From: Chiloscyllium plagiosum
Taxonomy: Eukaryota
NCBI RefSeq assembly: GCF_004010195.1
Contig: NC_057718.1
Location: 62,445,928 to 62,509,927, forward strand
DNA: 64,000 bases
Direction: 5' to 3'
Under the pieces are notes generated by a model. That model did no database searches. It saw only the letters and a list, made by a program, of their open reading frames with translations, and had not been told where the DNA came from. Positions 62,540-64,000 of the stretch are shown here, piece by piece (positions within the stretch are counted from its first letter, which is position 1; every line of letters starts with the position of its first letter). Position numbers and translations under genes: made by a program.

Positions 62540-64000
62540 GACCATAAGATATAGGAGCAGAATTAGCCATTTGGCCCTTTGAGTCTGCACTGCCATTCAA
62601 TCATGACTGATATGTTTCTCAACCCCATCCTCTTGCCTTCTCCCTGTACCACTTGATCCCCTTACCAATCAAGACCTTATCTATCTCTGCCTTAAATACA
62701 CTCAATAACTTGGCCTCCATAGCCCTCTGCTGCAATGAATTCCCCAGATTAACCACCCTCTGATGAAGAAATTCCCCTTTATCTCCATTCTGTTGGATGG
62801 TCCCTGCAGTTTGTAGCTGTGCCCTCAGGTTTGAGTCTGTCCTGCTTGTGGAAATGTCTTCCCCACATTCACCCTATCCCAGCCTCTCACTATTCTGTAA
62901 GCTACAATTGAATCCCTCTTCATCATTTTAAACTCCAAGTACAGAACCAAAGTCTTCAACCACTTCTCATATGATTAGCCCTTTATCCCAGAATCATTCT
63001 TGCAAACCTTGCCTGGACCTCTTCCAAGGCCAGCACATCCTTTCATTGATATGGAGCACTACACTGCTCACAATATTCAAAATACGGTCTGACCAGAATC
63101 TTATACAGCCTCAGCAATATATCGCTTCTCTTGTATCCTAGTCATAGTAATGTACAGCACGGAAACAGACCCTTTGGTCCAACTCGTCCATGCTGACCAG
63201 ATATCCCACCCCAATCTAGTCCACCTGTCAGCACCCGCCCCATATCCCCCCTAAGGCTTCCTACTCATATACTCATCCAGATGGCTTTTAAATGTTGCAA
63301 TTATACTAGCCTCCACCACTTCCTCTGGCAGCCCATTCCACACGCGCAGCACCCTCTGCGTAAAAAAGCTGCCCCTTAAGTCTCTTTTATATCTTTCCTC
63401 TCTCACCTAAACCTATGCCCTCTAGTTCTGGACTGCCCCACCCCAGAGAAAAGACCTTGTCTATTTACCCTATCCATGCCCCTCATGATTTTATAAACGT
63501 CTATAAGGTCACCCCTCAGCCTTCCTCCAGCTCTCCAGGGAAAACAGCCCCAGCCTATTCAACCTCTCCCTATAGCTTAAATCTTGCAACCCTGGCAACA
63601 TCCTAGTAAATCTTTTCTGAACCTTTTCAAGTTTCACGATATCCTTCTGATAGGAAGGAGACCGGAATTGCATGCAATATTCCAAAAGTGGCCTAACTAA
63701 TGTCCTGTAAAACCGCAACATGACCTCCCAACTCCTGTACTCAATACTCTGACCAATAAAGGAAAGCATACCAAACACCTTCTTCACTATCCTATCTATC
63801 TGCGACTCCACTTTCAAGGAGCTATGAACCTGTACTCCAAGGTCTCTTTGTTCAGCAACACTCCCTGGGACCATACCATTAAGTGTATAAGTCCTGCTAA
63901 GATTTGCTTTCACAAAATGCAGCACCTCGCATTTATCTCCATCTGCCCATCTGATCAAGATCCCATTGAAATCTGAGGTAACCTTCTTCGCTATCCGCTA
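62540..64000 (-). mobile_element. Two adjacent CR1 3' fragments (62540-63140 older; 63141-64000 younger)
   Basis: ORF 63509-63958 (KCEVLHF..RDLGVQV..LVRPLLEYC..VQKRFTRMLPGL) and CR1 3' UTRs. Confidence 0.85.

Noticed and set aside
1..64000. CRISPR arrays, operons or other prokaryotic systems
   Set aside because: The sequence is intron- and retroelement-rich vertebrate DNA with no regularly spaced repeat-spacer array.

Overview
Vertebrate genomic DNA, very probably a shark or other elasmobranch (HE1-type V-SINEs, dense CR1 and Penelope-like elements), with five N-gaps. One host gene is recognisable: the 5' part of SANBR/KIAA1841 (SANT and BTB domain regulator of class-switch recombination) on the + strand. 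It has a CpG-rich promoter region at ~24.4-25.7 kb, a probable non-coding first exon and three coding exons (39043-39198, 54685-54865, 57842-57932); the BTB-encoding exons lie beyond the window. Just upstream is a two-LTR class I (gamma/epsilon-like) endogenous retrovirus (18030-~24154). It has a tRNA-Pro-like PBS, degraded gag, an amber read-through signal with pseudoknot, an internally deleted pol and a frameshifted env. The rest is nested retroelement debris: CR1 LINEs, Gypsy remnants, a solo LTR, SINEs and Penelope-like elements. The most striking unannotated signal is about 20 copies of minimal type-I hammerhead ribozyme motifs from at least four sequence families. Many sit as inverted pairs in short fold-back insertions with 11-14 bp target-site duplications, and some have intact cores in the sense orientation of a SANBR intron.
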